From: the human T2T-CHM13v2.0 reference genome, Homo sapiens
Assembly: GCF_009914755.1 (NCBI RefSeq)
Contig: NC_060925.1
Length of the DNA stretch: 64,000 nucleotides
Direction: 5' to 3' (one strand)
Shown here: positions 12,426 through 26,989 of the stretch, one piece after another
Layout: the number at the start of each line of letters is the position of its first letter
Position numbering within the stretch: the stretch's first letter is position 1
Translations under genes and position numbers: made by a program
The notes under the pieces: model-generated
Told to the model about the DNA's origin: nothing
The model's input: the letters and a program-made list of their open reading frames with translations, nothing else
Databases searched by the model: none

Positions 12426-13356
12426 TCCTCATAGAAACATGTTTTCCCAATGTCCTGTCACACACACACACACACACCCCTTAATATATTTACCAATAAT
12501 GCTTACTTTACAGTTTAATTATCAACCTGCTTTCATCGTTAAATATATATTCTTAAAGATATATTTTCTTTTTCTTCTACTACTTTATTTAGCTTAACCA
12601 TGATTTCTAAACTCATAATTATTCCATTAGAAGATGAGGTCTGACGCCTTTTCCAGGAAGGGAAAATCTTCCTTTTTGTTATATGGGACCTCAGTAATTT
12701 TCCTGAAGGAAATTTTCTCCTTTATTCCATGGTGCACCTATTCTGGCACTTTCTTCCTCTGTAGTGTCTCCTGTTAAATTCCTTTCCTGCCTTGTTCTTT
12801 TTTTTTTTTTTTTACCCTTGTCAACACTTACATTGGCGTAACCCTTTTTGCCACTGAAGACTGTGGTTCCCAGATCACATCAGCTTAAAAGATCAGAATA
12901 AACCGCAAAGAAGTCTGTCTCTAGTAAACTCTACTCCCTCTTTATGAATTCTAGAATCTTGCAATTACTCTGAATGTGTCCAGGAATCCTCAGGTTTCTA
13001 CATGCGTTCTCCAGTCCTTGGCTATGATGTGTTCCCCACTATATTTTCATCCTTCTTGTCCATGCCCCAGTGGTGACGTCTCTGGTTGCCAAAATTACTG
13101 ACATCCCATAGAAGCAGTCAATGTCATTGGTGCTGACTGAGAATGCAATCACTGTTGTTGGTGCCTATCACCAACTCCTCCTTTCACCAGCACCATTCAG
13201 GATCCCATGAAAGCTACTCCAAGTTTCACTCTATTGACCAAACTGATGCTACCAATGTCCAATATATTTCTTAGAGCCCATGTCTCAGAGTATCCAGCAC
13301 CACCTCTCTGACAGAGCTCTGAATGTAATTTTATTTAGTTATTGAAGGTACTGGCC

Positions 13357-13690
13357 TGTATTAGTCCGTTTTCATGCTACTGATAAAGACATACCCAAGA
13401 CTGGGAAGAAAAAGAGGTTTCACTGGACTTACAGTTCCACATGGCTGGGAAGGCCTCAGAATCATGGCAGGAGGTGAAAGGCACTTGTTACATGTTGACG
13501 GCAAGAGAAAATGAGGAGGATGCAAAAGCAGAAACCCCTGGTAAAACCACTGGATCTCGTGAGACTTATTCACCACCATGAGAACAGTATTCAAATTATC
13601 TCCCATGGGGTCCCTCCCACAATATGTGGGAATTATGGGAGTACAATTCAAGATGAGGTTTGGGTGGGGACACAGAGCCAAACCATATCA
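13357..13690 (-). mobile_element. THE1A/B MaLR solo LTR
   Basis: Reverse complement starts TGATATGGTTTGGCTCTGTGTCCCCACCCAAACCTCATCTTGAATTGTA; perfect 5-bp TSD TGGCC at 13352-13356 and 13691-13695. Confidence 0.95.
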
Positions 13691-13788
13691 TGGCCCAGTG
13701 CTTTATCTCTTTTAATTTTTCATCACTTTATTATTGGTGGTACTTTCATGCTAGAACTTGAGCATTAGCCCAGGGACCTGGCTTGTGA

Positions 13789-14185
<397 letters not shown>

Positions 14186-14519
14186 TGAGGAGCCTCAGTG
14201 TGGATGGAAAGAAGTGAACCTACAGGATATGGTGGTGACTAGAAAAGGATTCTTAGGTCTCTGGCTTCTGAAATATGTTGGGTGATATTTTTCACCAAGG
14301 AGGAAGAAGGATGAGGAGGAGTTCATTGAAATATAAGGTTGAGTTTAGGCTGAGATGCAGGAGTGGAGGCAGATGTCAAAAATATGCAGTTGTATATAAG
14401 CCTAGAACTTAGAAAAAACTTTGTGCTAAAGACATTTATTTATGATGTCTAATTCCTATGATGATCACAGTTTAGACTCCCGTGTATGTTGTTGGAGATA
14501 ACATAAGATCTGTGGCAGA

Positions 14520-14730
14520 AAATAATAACAATAATGATAATAACTCATATTTAGCCCGTATGTGTCAGGCACTGTGTTAATTCTTTTAACATGTTAATTT
14601 GTTTAATATGTTATTTCACACATCAACTGTATGACGTAAGAATGAAACCAGTTATACAGTTGAGGAATGGAAGATCAGTAATTCAAAATCTTATTAGTCT
14701 GTATAAGTAAGGACTCAGAAAGAGCTATGT
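14520..14730 (-). mobile_element. MIR SINE (an L2 fragment lies at about 14160-14450)
   Basis: 'aataataac...tatgtgtcaggcactgtgttaa...tatacagttgaggaa'. Confidence 0.7.
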
Positions 14731-16114
14731 TTACTTTCAAAAACAAATGTTCTTACTCTAATAATACATACCTGGATTTATATTCTGTCTGTCGCTCATT
14801 TGTTGAATGTACTTGGTCAAGTAACCAGACCTCACCAGCCTTCTATTTAGTCATGTATAAAAAGTGGTTAAAGACATCCACCTCTCTAGCTCACAGAGCA
14901 GATGAAGGAACGAGTTAGATTATACATGGAAATTATTTAGCGTAATGCCTAGCATGATGGGTACCCAATCAACAGTAATATAACTGGCTTCTCCAGTTAC
15001 AGCATTTCCCTCTCTGTGTCTATCCTTCAAAATGTGGATATTTGTTATTCATTTAAAAATATTTTCAGAGTTCTACTTTTAATACCATCCCATTCCACAA
15101 CTAGTAAAATCAGAACAGAAAACACTTTTTGAGTCATAGCTATCTAATAAAAGGTAGGAGTGGTCACCAAGAAAACTCTGTCCTAAAGGAAATACATTTA
15201 AAAAGAAACACATGAGCTTGGCCTGGATCTTCCAGAACCTTAGAAGTTGGGAGCTGGTCCTTCAGTGGTTTGGAGCCAATATCTGATCAACTGGAGTTAA
15301 GAAGCTGAGGCTAGGTTCGTATAGCAAGCTGAAACGGTAACTAAAAGTTGAAGCAAAAATTAGGCGAGGCAACGAGCTGAGATGAAACCCAGGATGAAGT
15401 GGGCTGAAGTAATCTGACTCAGAGGTGCCTCCTGGCCTATTAGCACAGAGAGAAGAAAACTCTCACTGAAGGAGAACTTTCCCATATTAAGCCTTCAGGC
15501 CTCCCACAAATTACCAAACAAGCAAGAAGGCAAGCTACTATTAATGATAGCAAACAAGTAACTGATTTAGATCACCAAGTCCTGAAGATGCTAAAGTTGT
15601 CAGGTACAGAATATAGAAGAAATCTTTATGAGCTTAAAACAAGAAACTATTAGAAATTTTTTAAAAAATGAAAAAAAGAAATAAATGAAATGTCTAAATA
15701 CTAAAACCCTAACTTCAAAAAGTCCTTATTGGATACCTGTAAACAGCAGATCAGACAAAGTTAAAGGGTAAAATAGTAAAAAAGAAATATATAAATTTTA
15801 TATATACAGTATATATATTTAAATATATATACACAGTCATGCATTATATAACAACTGTGATACGTTCTGAGAAATGCGGTTAGGTGATTTCATCATTGTG
15901 TCAACAGAGTGGTACTTACGCAAACCTAGATGGTATAGCCTACTACAAACCCAGGCTATATGGTATAGCCTATTGCTCCTAGGCTATAAACCTGTACAGC
16001 ATATTACTCTACTGAATTCTATAGGCAATTGCAACACAATGGTAAGTATATGTGTATCTAAACATATTTCAACATAAAAAGATACAGTAAAAATATGGTA
16101 TAAAAGATAAATAA

Positions 16115-16431
<317 letters not shown>

Positions 16432-16775
16432 AAGAAAGTTTTATCTTTATAGGGCACTTACTATGAATGGCACTTCCAGGACTGGGAGTTGCTCTGGGTG
16501 AGACAATGAGTGAGTGATGAATGAATGTGAAAACCTAGGACATTACTGCACACTACTGTAGACTTTAGGAATGCTGCACACTTAAGCTACACTACATTTA
16601 TACATTTTTTTCTTCAATAATAAATTAAGCTTAGCTTACTGTAGCTTTTTTGCTTTATACAATTTTAAATTTTCTTCAAGTTTTCAACTCTTTTGTAATA
16701 ACGTTTAGCTTAAAATACAATGTAGAACTGTACAAAAACATTATACCCTTCTTTTATAAGATTTTTTTCTATTTT

Positions 16776-17800
16776 TTTTTTATTTTTTTAGTATTTATTG
16801 ATCATTCTTGGGTGTTTCTCGGAGAGGGGGATTTGGCAGGGTCATAGGACAATAGTAGAGGGAAGGTCAGCAGATAAACACGTGAACAAAGGTCTCTGGT
16901 TTTCCTAGGCAGAGGGCCCTGCTGCCTTCCGCAGTGTTTATGTCCCTGGGTACTTGAGATTAGGGAGTGGTGATGACTCTTAACGAGCATGCTGCCTTCA
17001 AGCATCTGTTTAACAAAGCACATCTTGCACCGCCCTTAATCCATTTAACCCTTAGTGGACACAGCACATGTTTCAGAGAGCACGGGGTTGGGGGTAAGGT
17101 TATAGATTAACAGCATCCCAAGGCAGAAGAATTTTTCTTAGTACAGAACAAAATGGAGTCTCCTATATCTACTTCTTTCTACACAGACACAGTAACAATC
17201 TGATCTCTTTCTTTTCCCCACATTTCCCCCTTTTCTATTTGACAAAACCGCCATCGTCATCATGGCCCGTTCTCAATGAGCTGTTGGGTACACCTCCCAG
17301 ACCGGGTGGCGGCCGGGCAGAGGGGCTCCTCACTTCCCAGATGGGGCAGCCGGGCAGTGGGGCTCCTCACATCCCAGACGATGGGCGGCCAGGCAGAGGC
17401 TGCAATCTCGGCACTTTGGGAGACCAAGGCAGGCGGCTGGGAGGTGGAGGTTGTAGCGAGCCGAGATCACGCCACTGCACTCCAGCCTGGGCAACATTGA
17501 CCACTGAGTGAGCGAGACTCCGTCTGCAATCCCGGCACCTCGGGAGGCCGAGGCTGGCAGATCACTCGCGGTCAGGAGCTGGAGACCAGCCTGGCCAACC
17601 CGGCGAAACCCCGTCTCCACCAAAAAACATGAAAACCAGTCAGGCGTGGCAGCATGCGCCTGCAATCCCAGGCACTCGGCAGGCTGAGGCAGGAGAATCA
17701 GGCGGGGAGGTTGCAGTGAGCCGAGATGGCTGCAGTACAGTCCAGCCTCGGCTCGGCATGAGGGAGAGGGGGAGGGGGAGGGGGAGGGGGAGGGGGAGGG
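16776..17800 (-). mobile_element. Full-length SVA retrotransposon (older subfamily, SVA_A/B/C-like) with only about 3 VNTR units
   Basis: poly(T), SINE-R ('tttattgatcattcttgggtgtttctcgg...gagcatgctgccttcaagcatctg'), VNTR 17291-17398, Alu-like domain, (GGGGGA)n hexamer 17762-17800; exact 17-bp TSD AGATTTTTTTCTATTTT at 16759-16775 and 17801-17817. Confidence 0.97.
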
Positions 17801-18343
17801 AGATTTTTTTCTATTTTAAAAATTTATTTTATTTTTTACTTTTTCATTTTTTTTTGTTAAAAATTGTTTTGTTAAAACACACGCACACTAGCCTAGGCCT
17901 ACATAGCATCAGGATCATCAACATCACTGTCTTCCACCTCCACATCTTGTCTCACTGGAAGATCTTCAGGGGCAATAACACACATGCAACCCATCTCTCT
18001 GTGATAACAATGCCTTCCTCTGGAATACCTCTGGAAGGACCTGCTTGAGGCTGTTTTATAGTTAACCTTCTTTTAAAAAATAGGTAAATGGAGTACATTC
18101 TAAGAAGTATAGTATAGTGAATACATAACAGTAACATAGTTGTTTCTTATCATTATCAAATATTATGTAATGTACACAATTGTATGTGCTATGTGTTTAT
18201 GTTACTGGCAGGGAAGCAGGTTTGTTTACGCCAGCATCACTACAAACACGTGAGCAATGCATTGTGCTATGACATTTCAATAGCTAGGTTGTTGCTAGGC
18301 CAAAAAATTTGTTTTCAGCTCCATTATAATCTTACGGGACCAA

Positions 18344-18347
<4 letters not shown>

Positions 18348-18414
<67 letters not shown>

Positions 18415-18500
18415 TATATATATATAGTTCATCATTGACAAAACCATTGTTATGCAGCACACACACACACGCACACACACATATATGTATAGATAGATAG
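18348..18500. repeat. (TA)n, (CA)n and (TAGA)n microsatellite cluster
   Basis: Directly visible; long pure (TA)n at 18348-18404. Confidence 0.95.
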
Positions 18501-18879
18501 GTGTGAAAAATAGAATGAGAAAGTACCACATACATCTAATTGGAGTCTCTGAAGAGACCATAGAGAGAATGGGGAAGAGATTAGATTTAAAGAGATAATG
18601 GCTGTGAATTTCCCAAAACTGATGAAAAACATGCATTTACCAACTAAGGAAGATGAACATATCTGAAGAAGAATCCATAATTTTATTTTACAAAATGAGG
18701 AAAGCACTAACCATAAAAGAAAATGTTGATAAATTTAGCTGTGTTAAATTAAAATCTTCTGTTAATCAAATAGAACCACAAAGAAAGTGAAAGGAGAGCA
18801 AGCTCTGTACATGTACAAAAGTATGAATCTTGTGGTATGGAGATTTTTTATTTGATATGCTGCAGTTTTACCTTAACAG

Positions 18880-19560
18880 GTTTCTGTATGAATTTGTTTC
18901 ATTTTAATTGACACCCTTGAATGTTCAACCTCAAGACTCATGGTCTTTCTTAAATAGACAAAATTATCAGATATTAGTTCTTTAAATGTGCCTTTTCACC
19001 ATTCCCTCTCTTTTTCTCCTGCGATCTATGTTGGAGGCTATCAGTTTAACCTCTGCAACTCTTGACTTCTCTTTCACTTAAAAAAATTTTAATTTATGCT
19101 TCAATGGGACTTTGTGACCAAACTAAATAAGGTAAAAAAATGAAACAGTTGAAATCCTAAAGAAAAATTAGTACTGTTTATCTACATTACTGATGCCTTT
19201 TAAAATTGAATTTTTATTTAAAAAATAATTGGTAGTGCATTTGGGGTAATATTTTTAGTAATAATTTCTAACTTTGTGTCAAATCTTAGAGTTAACTGTA
19301 TTTCCAGGATTGTTAGTTCTTTTTCATTTTGTCTATTTTCTTTTACTTCTTTCTATTGTTTCATAATTTCTTACTATTTGTGGGGAATATTATTCCTTCC
19401 TTTATGTGAAAATATTCAAAGTATTATTGTAAAGTCATTTAAATATGCATTGTTGCTTTTATTTAATCTCTGATTAATGTATTTCTTTATTGTTGATTTT
19501 GGCGGCTTTCTTCACTTTTTTCCCCGTGGGTTTTTTTTTTTTTTTTTTTTTTTTTGGCTT
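18880..19560 (-). mobile_element. Ancient HAL1/L1M fragment
   Basis: T-rich antisense ORF1-like 'aaaattatcagatattagttctttaaatgtgccttttcaccattccctctctttttctcct'. Confidence 0.5.
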
Positions 19561-19619
19561 AAATACTTTATCTTCTGTGGAAATGCACTCTGTCTTACTC
19601 CTTCCTCCATAGTATTTTT

Positions 19620-19918
19620 TTTTTTTTTTTTTTTTTTTGAGACGGAGTCTCTCTGTCTCCCAGGCTGGAGTGCAGGGGCGTGATCTCGGCTCACGGCAGG
19701 CTCCGCCCCCTGGGGTTCACGCCATTCTCCTGCCTCAGCCTCCAGCGTAGCTGGGACTACAGGCGCCCGCCACCTCGCCTGGCTAATTTTTTGTATTTTT
19801 AGTAGAGACGGGGTTTCATCGTGTTAGCCAGGATGGTCTCGAACTCCTGACCTCATGATCCGCCCGCCTCGGCCTCCCAAAGTGCAGGGATTACAGGAGT
19901 GAGCCACCGCGCCCGGTC
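19620..19918 (-). mobile_element. AluY (Ye-like)
   Basis: CpG-rich; 'gctccgccccctggggttcacgccattctcc', 'cgccacctcgcc' resemble Ye diagnostics; 16-bp TSD CCTCCATAGTATTTTT at 19604-19619 and 19919-19934. Confidence 0.93.
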
Positions 19919-22619
19919 CCTCCATAGTATTTTTAAGGGTAACTTCAGTCGGCCCCTGAGACCCTGGTTCAGAATGTGGCCTTCTATTAGGGTTAAGTGC
20001 TCCTACTCCATTTTTATAGTCAAGATATTGCAAATCTGATCATTATCTGGGTGGCTTGTTATATATCTGGCTAAAGCTGTGTCTCCTTTCTCCTTCCCCT
20101 CTAATTAAGCAGTTTTGTATAATTCATAACCATAGCAGTGTTTTGAGATTTTTCACAAGTGGGAGAAGCCCACCTCATTCCTGGTTTTTAGTTGTGAGAT
20201 TGGTTCTTATTCCCTTTTTTATAGGGGGCACATTTCAGTCCCTATTATCCAACAGAGTTGTAGCTTTTCATTGCCTTTCCGCTTTTGAACATATAGCTCA
20301 GAACACCTGCAGATTCAGCCCCATTTACTATTACACTTTTGCTCCATGGAGATATATATTTTATTTCAGAGTGTTAAAATATATTTGGAGGTGGGGGATC
20401 ATCTTGCAAATATGAGCAAATATGAACTCACCATGCTATTTTTAAAAACAGATTTATTGAGCTATGATCAATATACAATAAATGGTACATATTTTAAGTG
20501 CATGATTTGATCAATTTTAATAGACATACACATACTTAAAACTGTCACCAAATCAAGATAATGAACACTTCCAAAAGTTTTCTCATTCCCTACCTGACCA
20601 CAACTCCTTGCACTCCACGCCCATCCTGATTGTTGCTACTGATATGTTTTCTGTTTCTATAGATTACTTTGCAGTTTCTAAAATTTTATATAAATTGTAT
20701 CAGACAATATTTCAATTTTTTGGTCCAGAATCTTTCATACACAATAAGTATGCTGAGAATTATCTATGTTGTTGTGTGTTTAATAGTTCCTTCCTTTTTA
20801 TTATTGACTAATGTTTTATTATATGGATGTGCCACAATTTGTTTATCCGTTCACCTATTGATGGAAGTTTGGCTCATTTCAAGTTTTTGGTTATTGCATA
20901 TCAAACTTCTCTGAACATTTGTGTACCGGTCTTTTAATGGATATATGCTTTCATTTATCTTGAATATTTACCTAGGAGTAGAATGACTGAATCATTTGAT
21001 AGATGTATATTTAACTTTTTAAGAAACTTTCAATTTTCCAAAGCAGTTGTATCATTTTGCATTTCCACAACACCGTATGAGTTCTAGTTTTTCTACATCT
21101 TTGCAAACACATGGTATGGTCAGTATTTTAAATTTTGGCCATTCTGATAGGTTTAAGATGGTTCTTATTGTGGATTTTATTTGCATGTTTCTAATCACTA
21201 ATGATGTTGAGCATCTTTTCTTGAGCTTATTCACTATCCATATATCATCACTGGTGAAGTGTCTATTCAAATCTTTTCTCTATTATGTTACATGTTTTTG
21301 TTTTCTTATTATTACATTTTCAATTTCTTTATGTATTTTTGATACTAGTTATTTATTAGATAGATATATGCTTTGAAACAATTCCTTCCAGTTGGGATTG
21401 CCTTCATTTTCTTAACATTGTATTTCAGAGCAAAAGTTTTAATTTTGTATGAAGTCAACTTGATTAATTTTTCTCTTTTGGTTTGTGCTTTTTGTATTAT
21501 ATCTAAGAAATCTTTGCCTAGCCCAAAGTCACAAAATTTTGTTTTCTATGTTGTCTTTTAGAAGTTTTGTAATTTTAAGTAGTATCTTTAGGCATATGAT
21601 CCATCTTGAATTAATTTTTGAACATGTCACAAAATAAAGATTGAAGTTTACTTTTTACTTGTGGAGATGCAATTGTTGCAACCTCATTTGTTGATAATGC
21701 TATCTGTTCTACACTGAATTATCTTTGCACCTTTGTAGAAAAAGTCCATTGATTGTAAGGGTGGGTCTATTTCTGGACTCTCTAGTCTATTACACTCATG
21801 TGTCTGTATTTACATCAATACTATATTGTCTTGATTAATGTGGCTTTATAATAAGTATTGAAACAAGATTGTGTGAGTCATCCAGCTTTATTCTTTTGTT
21901 CATGGATATTGGAAATATTCTAGGTTCTGTGCATTTATAGATACATTTCAGAATCAACTTACTCATTTCCACAAAAACCTGCTAGAATTTTAATTGAGAT
22001 GGTGTTGAGTTATGCATCAATATTGAAGGAACTGAATAACATTTGTATAATATTCAGTTTTCTAATCAATAAACAAGTTATGTGTCTTCAATTATTTAGA
22101 TCTTCTTTAATTTCTTTCCTCAAGGCTTTGAAGATTTCAGTGAATATATCTTGTACATATTTTGGCAGATTGATTCCTAAGCATTTTATAAATTTTTGTG
22201 TTTTTATAAACAGTATTTTTAATTCTGATTGCTTATTGTTAGTACATAGACTTAAGAGTTTTGCACATTGATCTTGTAATCTTGCTAAAAGTACATAATA
22301 TTTCAAGTAGCTTTTTTGAATATTTCATTAGATTTTCTATGTAGATGGTTATGTCTTCACTGAATAACAAGTTTTACTTTGTCCTTTTCAATTGAGATGC
22401 ATTTTTTTCTTAAATTATTTTGCTGACTAGTGGTTCTAAGTGTACACTGTTAAATACAAGTAGGTAGAGTGTGTATTCTCTCCTTATTCCTAATCTTAGG
22501 GGACAGCATTCAGCATTTCACTATTAAGTGTGCTGTAAGCTATAGGTTTTATGAGATGTTCTTTATTGGGTTGAGAAAATTCCTTTCTATTACTAGTTAG
22601 CTAAGATGTTTTTTGCTTT

Positions 22620-23277
22620 AAAAAATTTTTTAATTATTGTGGGTACATAATAGGTTTATGTATTTTTGGAATACGTGTGATGCTTTGATACAGGCATATA
22701 ATGTATAATGATCAAATCAGTGTAATTGGGGTATCCATCACCTCAAGCATTTATCATTTCTTTGTATTACGAACATTTCAATTCTATTCCTAAGTTATTT
22801 TAAAATATACAATATTGTTGACTACAGTCACCCTTTTGTGCTACCAAGTACTAGATCTGATCTCTCTAACTGTATTTTTATACCAATTAACCATCCCCAC
22901 TTTATTCCTCCCTCCCTGCTACCCTTCCCAGCCTCTGGTAACCATAATTCTATTCTCTATCTGTGTGAATTCACTTAAAAATATTTTTAGCCCCCACACA
23001 TAAATGAGAACATGCAAATTTTTTCTATGTCTGGTTTATTTCACTTAACACAATGTCCTCCAGTTCCATCCATGTTGTTGCAAACGACAGGATTTTATTC
23101 TTTTTAATGACTGAATAATATTCTATTGTGTGTATTCCATATTTTCCTCATTCATTCATCCCTTGATGGATACTTAGGTTGATTCCATATCTTGGCTATT
23201 ATTAATAGTGCTGCAAAAACATGGGAATACAGGTATCCCTTCGATACACTGATTTCCTTCCTTTGGATATATACCCT
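22620..23277 (-). mobile_element. L1MA3/4-like 3' fragment nested in the older L1
   Basis: 'tgtgggtacataatagg...ggggtatccatcacctcaagcatttatc...ctccagttccatccatgttgttgcaaacgacagg'; degenerate TSD GCTAAGAT at about 22600 and 23280. Confidence 0.85.
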
Positions 23278-23364
23278 TTGCTAAGATTTTTAAAACCAGA
23301 AATTGATGTTGAATTTTTTTCAAATGATTATTCTTCTTCTATTGTGAATAATTATATATACATA

Positions 23365-23694
23365 CATGCTTCATATACGTATCATATATGTATGATGTGC
23401 ATGCATGCTTCATATACGTATCATATATGTATGATGTGCATGCATGCTTCATATACGTATCATATATGTATGATGTGCATGCATGCTTCATATACGTATC
23501 ATATATGTATGATGTGCATGCATGCTTCATATACGTATCATATATGTATGATGTGCATGCATGCTTCATATACGTATCATATATGTATGATGTGCATGCA
23601 TGCTTCATATACGTATCATATATGTATGATGTACATGCATGCTTCATATACGTATCATATATGTATGATGTACATGCATGCTTCATATACGTAT
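23365..23694. repeat. 39-bp minisatellite, 8 full copies plus a partial copy
   Basis: Unit CATGCTTCATATACGTATCATATATGTATGATGTGCATG starting at 23365, 23404, ... 23677; copies 7-8 carry GTACATG. Confidence 0.97.
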
Positions 23695-25206
23695 ATATAA
23701 TTATATCCTTATAAACATACATATGCATATATAATTATATCCTATATACATACATATTTTAAAATGATAAATTACATTCATTGAATTTTTAATGTTATAT
23801 TATCCTTGTATTCCTGGGATAATCCTCATTTAGTCATAATATATCATCTTTTTATATCTTATTAGTTTTTATTTTATATAAAATAAGTTTTGCCTCTTTG
23901 TTAATAAGAAATATTAACTTTAGTTTTTATTTCTGTAATGTCTCTGGTTTGAGTATCAAGATAATGGTGAGCTCCATAGAATGAATTGGGAAGTATTCCC
24001 TCCTCTTCTGTTTTCTAAAAATCTTTTTGTAGAATTGGTATTATTTCCTCCTTAAATATTTGGTAGAGTTCTCACCAGAAAAGGCATCTAGTCCTTGACT
24101 TTTCTGTGTGGGAAAGTTTTTAACTACAAATTCAAATTTTTAATACATAATGAACCATTCATAGTATATATTTTTTCTTATATGAGCTTTGATAGTTTAT
24201 ATCTTCCAAATAATTTGTTCATTTATCTAAGTTACTGAATTTACTGGCATAATGCTGTTCATAATATTCTCTTATTCTATTAATATCTCTAGAATTTATA
24301 AAAATGCTGACACTTTTCTCATTTCTGCTATTGGTAATTGCTGTATTCTTATATTTTCTCTGATCAAATTTATTGAGATAAAGTTTTATTGATTTTCCCA
24401 AAGCATCAGTTTTTAGCTTTATTGATTTTCTGTATTGTCTTCATTTTTTTATATTTTATTAATTTCTATTTCATTATTACATCCTTTCTTTTACATACTT
24501 TGGGTTTAATTTGCTGTTTTTCTAATTTTTTAATGTAGAAGTTGTGTTCTTTGATCTGTAACCTTTGTTTATTTCTCCTTTCATTTCTATCAATTTTTGG
24601 TCTTGAAGTTCAGTGACTATGGTCATAAACATTTAGAATTGCTAAATTCATTTTATAAATGGACTCCTGTAGCATTATAAAATAAACTGGTAATATTGTT
24701 TGCTCTAAAATCCATTTTGTGGGATATTATTATAGTGACTATGACTGTCTTTTGATTCATTTTATCATAATATACATTTTTTAATCCTTTTACTTTTAAC
24801 CTATTTATTAATATTCAAAGTGTATTTTTTATAAGCACCATATATTTGGGTCTTCCTTTTTTGTGCAATCTGAAAATTTCTTTCCTTTACTTCTGGTGTT
24901 GGAAATATTTATATTTAATTTGTTTATTAATATGGTTAGTTTAAGTCCATTATCCTGCTACTTGCTTTTTATTTTTTGTCTTTTGTTTTCTTTTACTTAC
25001 TTTTTTTACTTTTAAATTAATCAATTTTTTGATCAGTTTAATATTATTTTATAATTTTATTTCATCTACTTTGTTAGATTACTAGCTATAGCTTTTTGTT
25101 GCATTATTTTTAACAATTGTTTTAGTATTTATGCTGTACATCTTTATCATTATCTACCTTCAGGTGATAACACTTCACATGTAGGATTTACATTTTACAA
25201 TATTAA

Positions 25207-25520
<314 letters not shown>

Positions 25521-26989
25521 TTAGCCTTTACGATATTGTCATGTATTTTACTTTAACATATTTTATAAACCCCAAAATACATTGATATTGCTTTTGTTTA
25601 AACAGTCAATTATCTTTTAATAAGATTTAAATAACAAGAAAAAATTTTGTGTATTTACCCACATTGTTACCATTTCCGGTGCCTTTCAGCTCTTTACACA
25701 GTTCTGTATTTCCATCTGGTGTCATTTTTCTTCTTCTAAAGGCTGTCTTTCACATTTCTTGTAGTGTGTGTCTTCTAATGATTAATTCTCTGCTTTTTCA
25801 TGCCCAAACTTTTCTTTCAGCTTCACTTTTAAAAAATGTTATAGATTTACGGTGACATCTTCAATTTTGAATGATATTTTCACAGGATGTAGAATTCTAG
25901 ATTGACAGATTTGGTTTTCCTCTCAGTACTTTAAAAAATGTTTTATTGTCTCCTCACTTGCATTATTTCTGAAGAGAAATCTGTTGTCATCCTTATCTTT
26001 GTTTTTGTATTCATGTTCCTAACACATAACATGTCATTTCCTCTAGCCATTTTTAAAATGTTTTTCTTCATTCATTGTTTTGAATACTGATTATGATATA
26101 ACTTGGTGTAGTTGTTTTATTTATTTTTCTTTTGTTTCAGATTTATTAAACTTCTTGCATCTTTGAGTCTATGCTTTTCTCAAATTTACAACATTTTTTA
26201 CCATTATTTCTTCAAAAATTTGTTCCTTCTCTTTTTGTCTCCGTCACTATTATTACACATATATTGGGCCCTTTGAAGTTGTTCTACAACTCATTGATGC
26301 ACTCTTCTTCTTCTTCTTCTGTGTTTCACCTTGAATAGTTCCTAATACTTCAAGGTCATAAGTCTTTCCTTCTCTGCCATCTATGCTATCCAGTGTAGGT
26401 TTTTATCTCTCACAGTACAATTTACATCTCTGGAAGTTCTATTTTGTATTTTTTACATCTTCCATGTCTCTAACTCTTTGAATATATGGAATACATGTGT
26501 AATAATGTTTTTATATTCTTTTTTGCTAATTCTAATCTCTGTACCAATTCTAAGTTGGTTTTGGTTGATTAATTTTTCTCCTTGTTGGGATAGTATTTTC
26601 CTACTTCTGTGTGTTCCTGGTAATATTTCTTGGATGCCATACAGTGATAATGTTACTTTCTAGCTGTTAGATATTTTTGCATAAATATTCTCATGTTTAT
26701 TGAGGCAAGGCTCTTCTGGGCATTGAGTAAATCTCAATGCCCATGATTTATGAGGTTTCCAATCTTACTGATAGGACCAAGGACAATTCCTAATTCTACA
26801 TGTGTGCTGGGCACTGTTACCACTAATTGTTTCTTGTAATTTTCTCCCAGTCTCAGGTAGTTCCTATATTGCCTAATGTTCTGTGTCGTGTTTCAAATAT
26901 TTTGTCTTTTTCTCCCCTTTGGTTGTTTCAGGTGGAAGTATAAATCCAGTCCCTCTTATTTCATCTAGTCTGGAAACAGAAGTCCTTGT

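Noticed and set aside
12900-13330. Unique, moderately GC-rich block tested as a coding exon
   Set aside because: The three plus-strand frames I translated contain stops and no recognisable motif or paired splice sites.
17230-17760. CpG-island-like stretch
   Set aside because: Entirely within the SVA; not a gene promoter.
23221-23728. Long ORFs (108-159 aa) on both strands, and a CRISPR-like periodic look
   Set aside because: Products of a stop-free 39-bp (13-codon) tandem repeat; there are no unique spacers and the context is eukaryotic.
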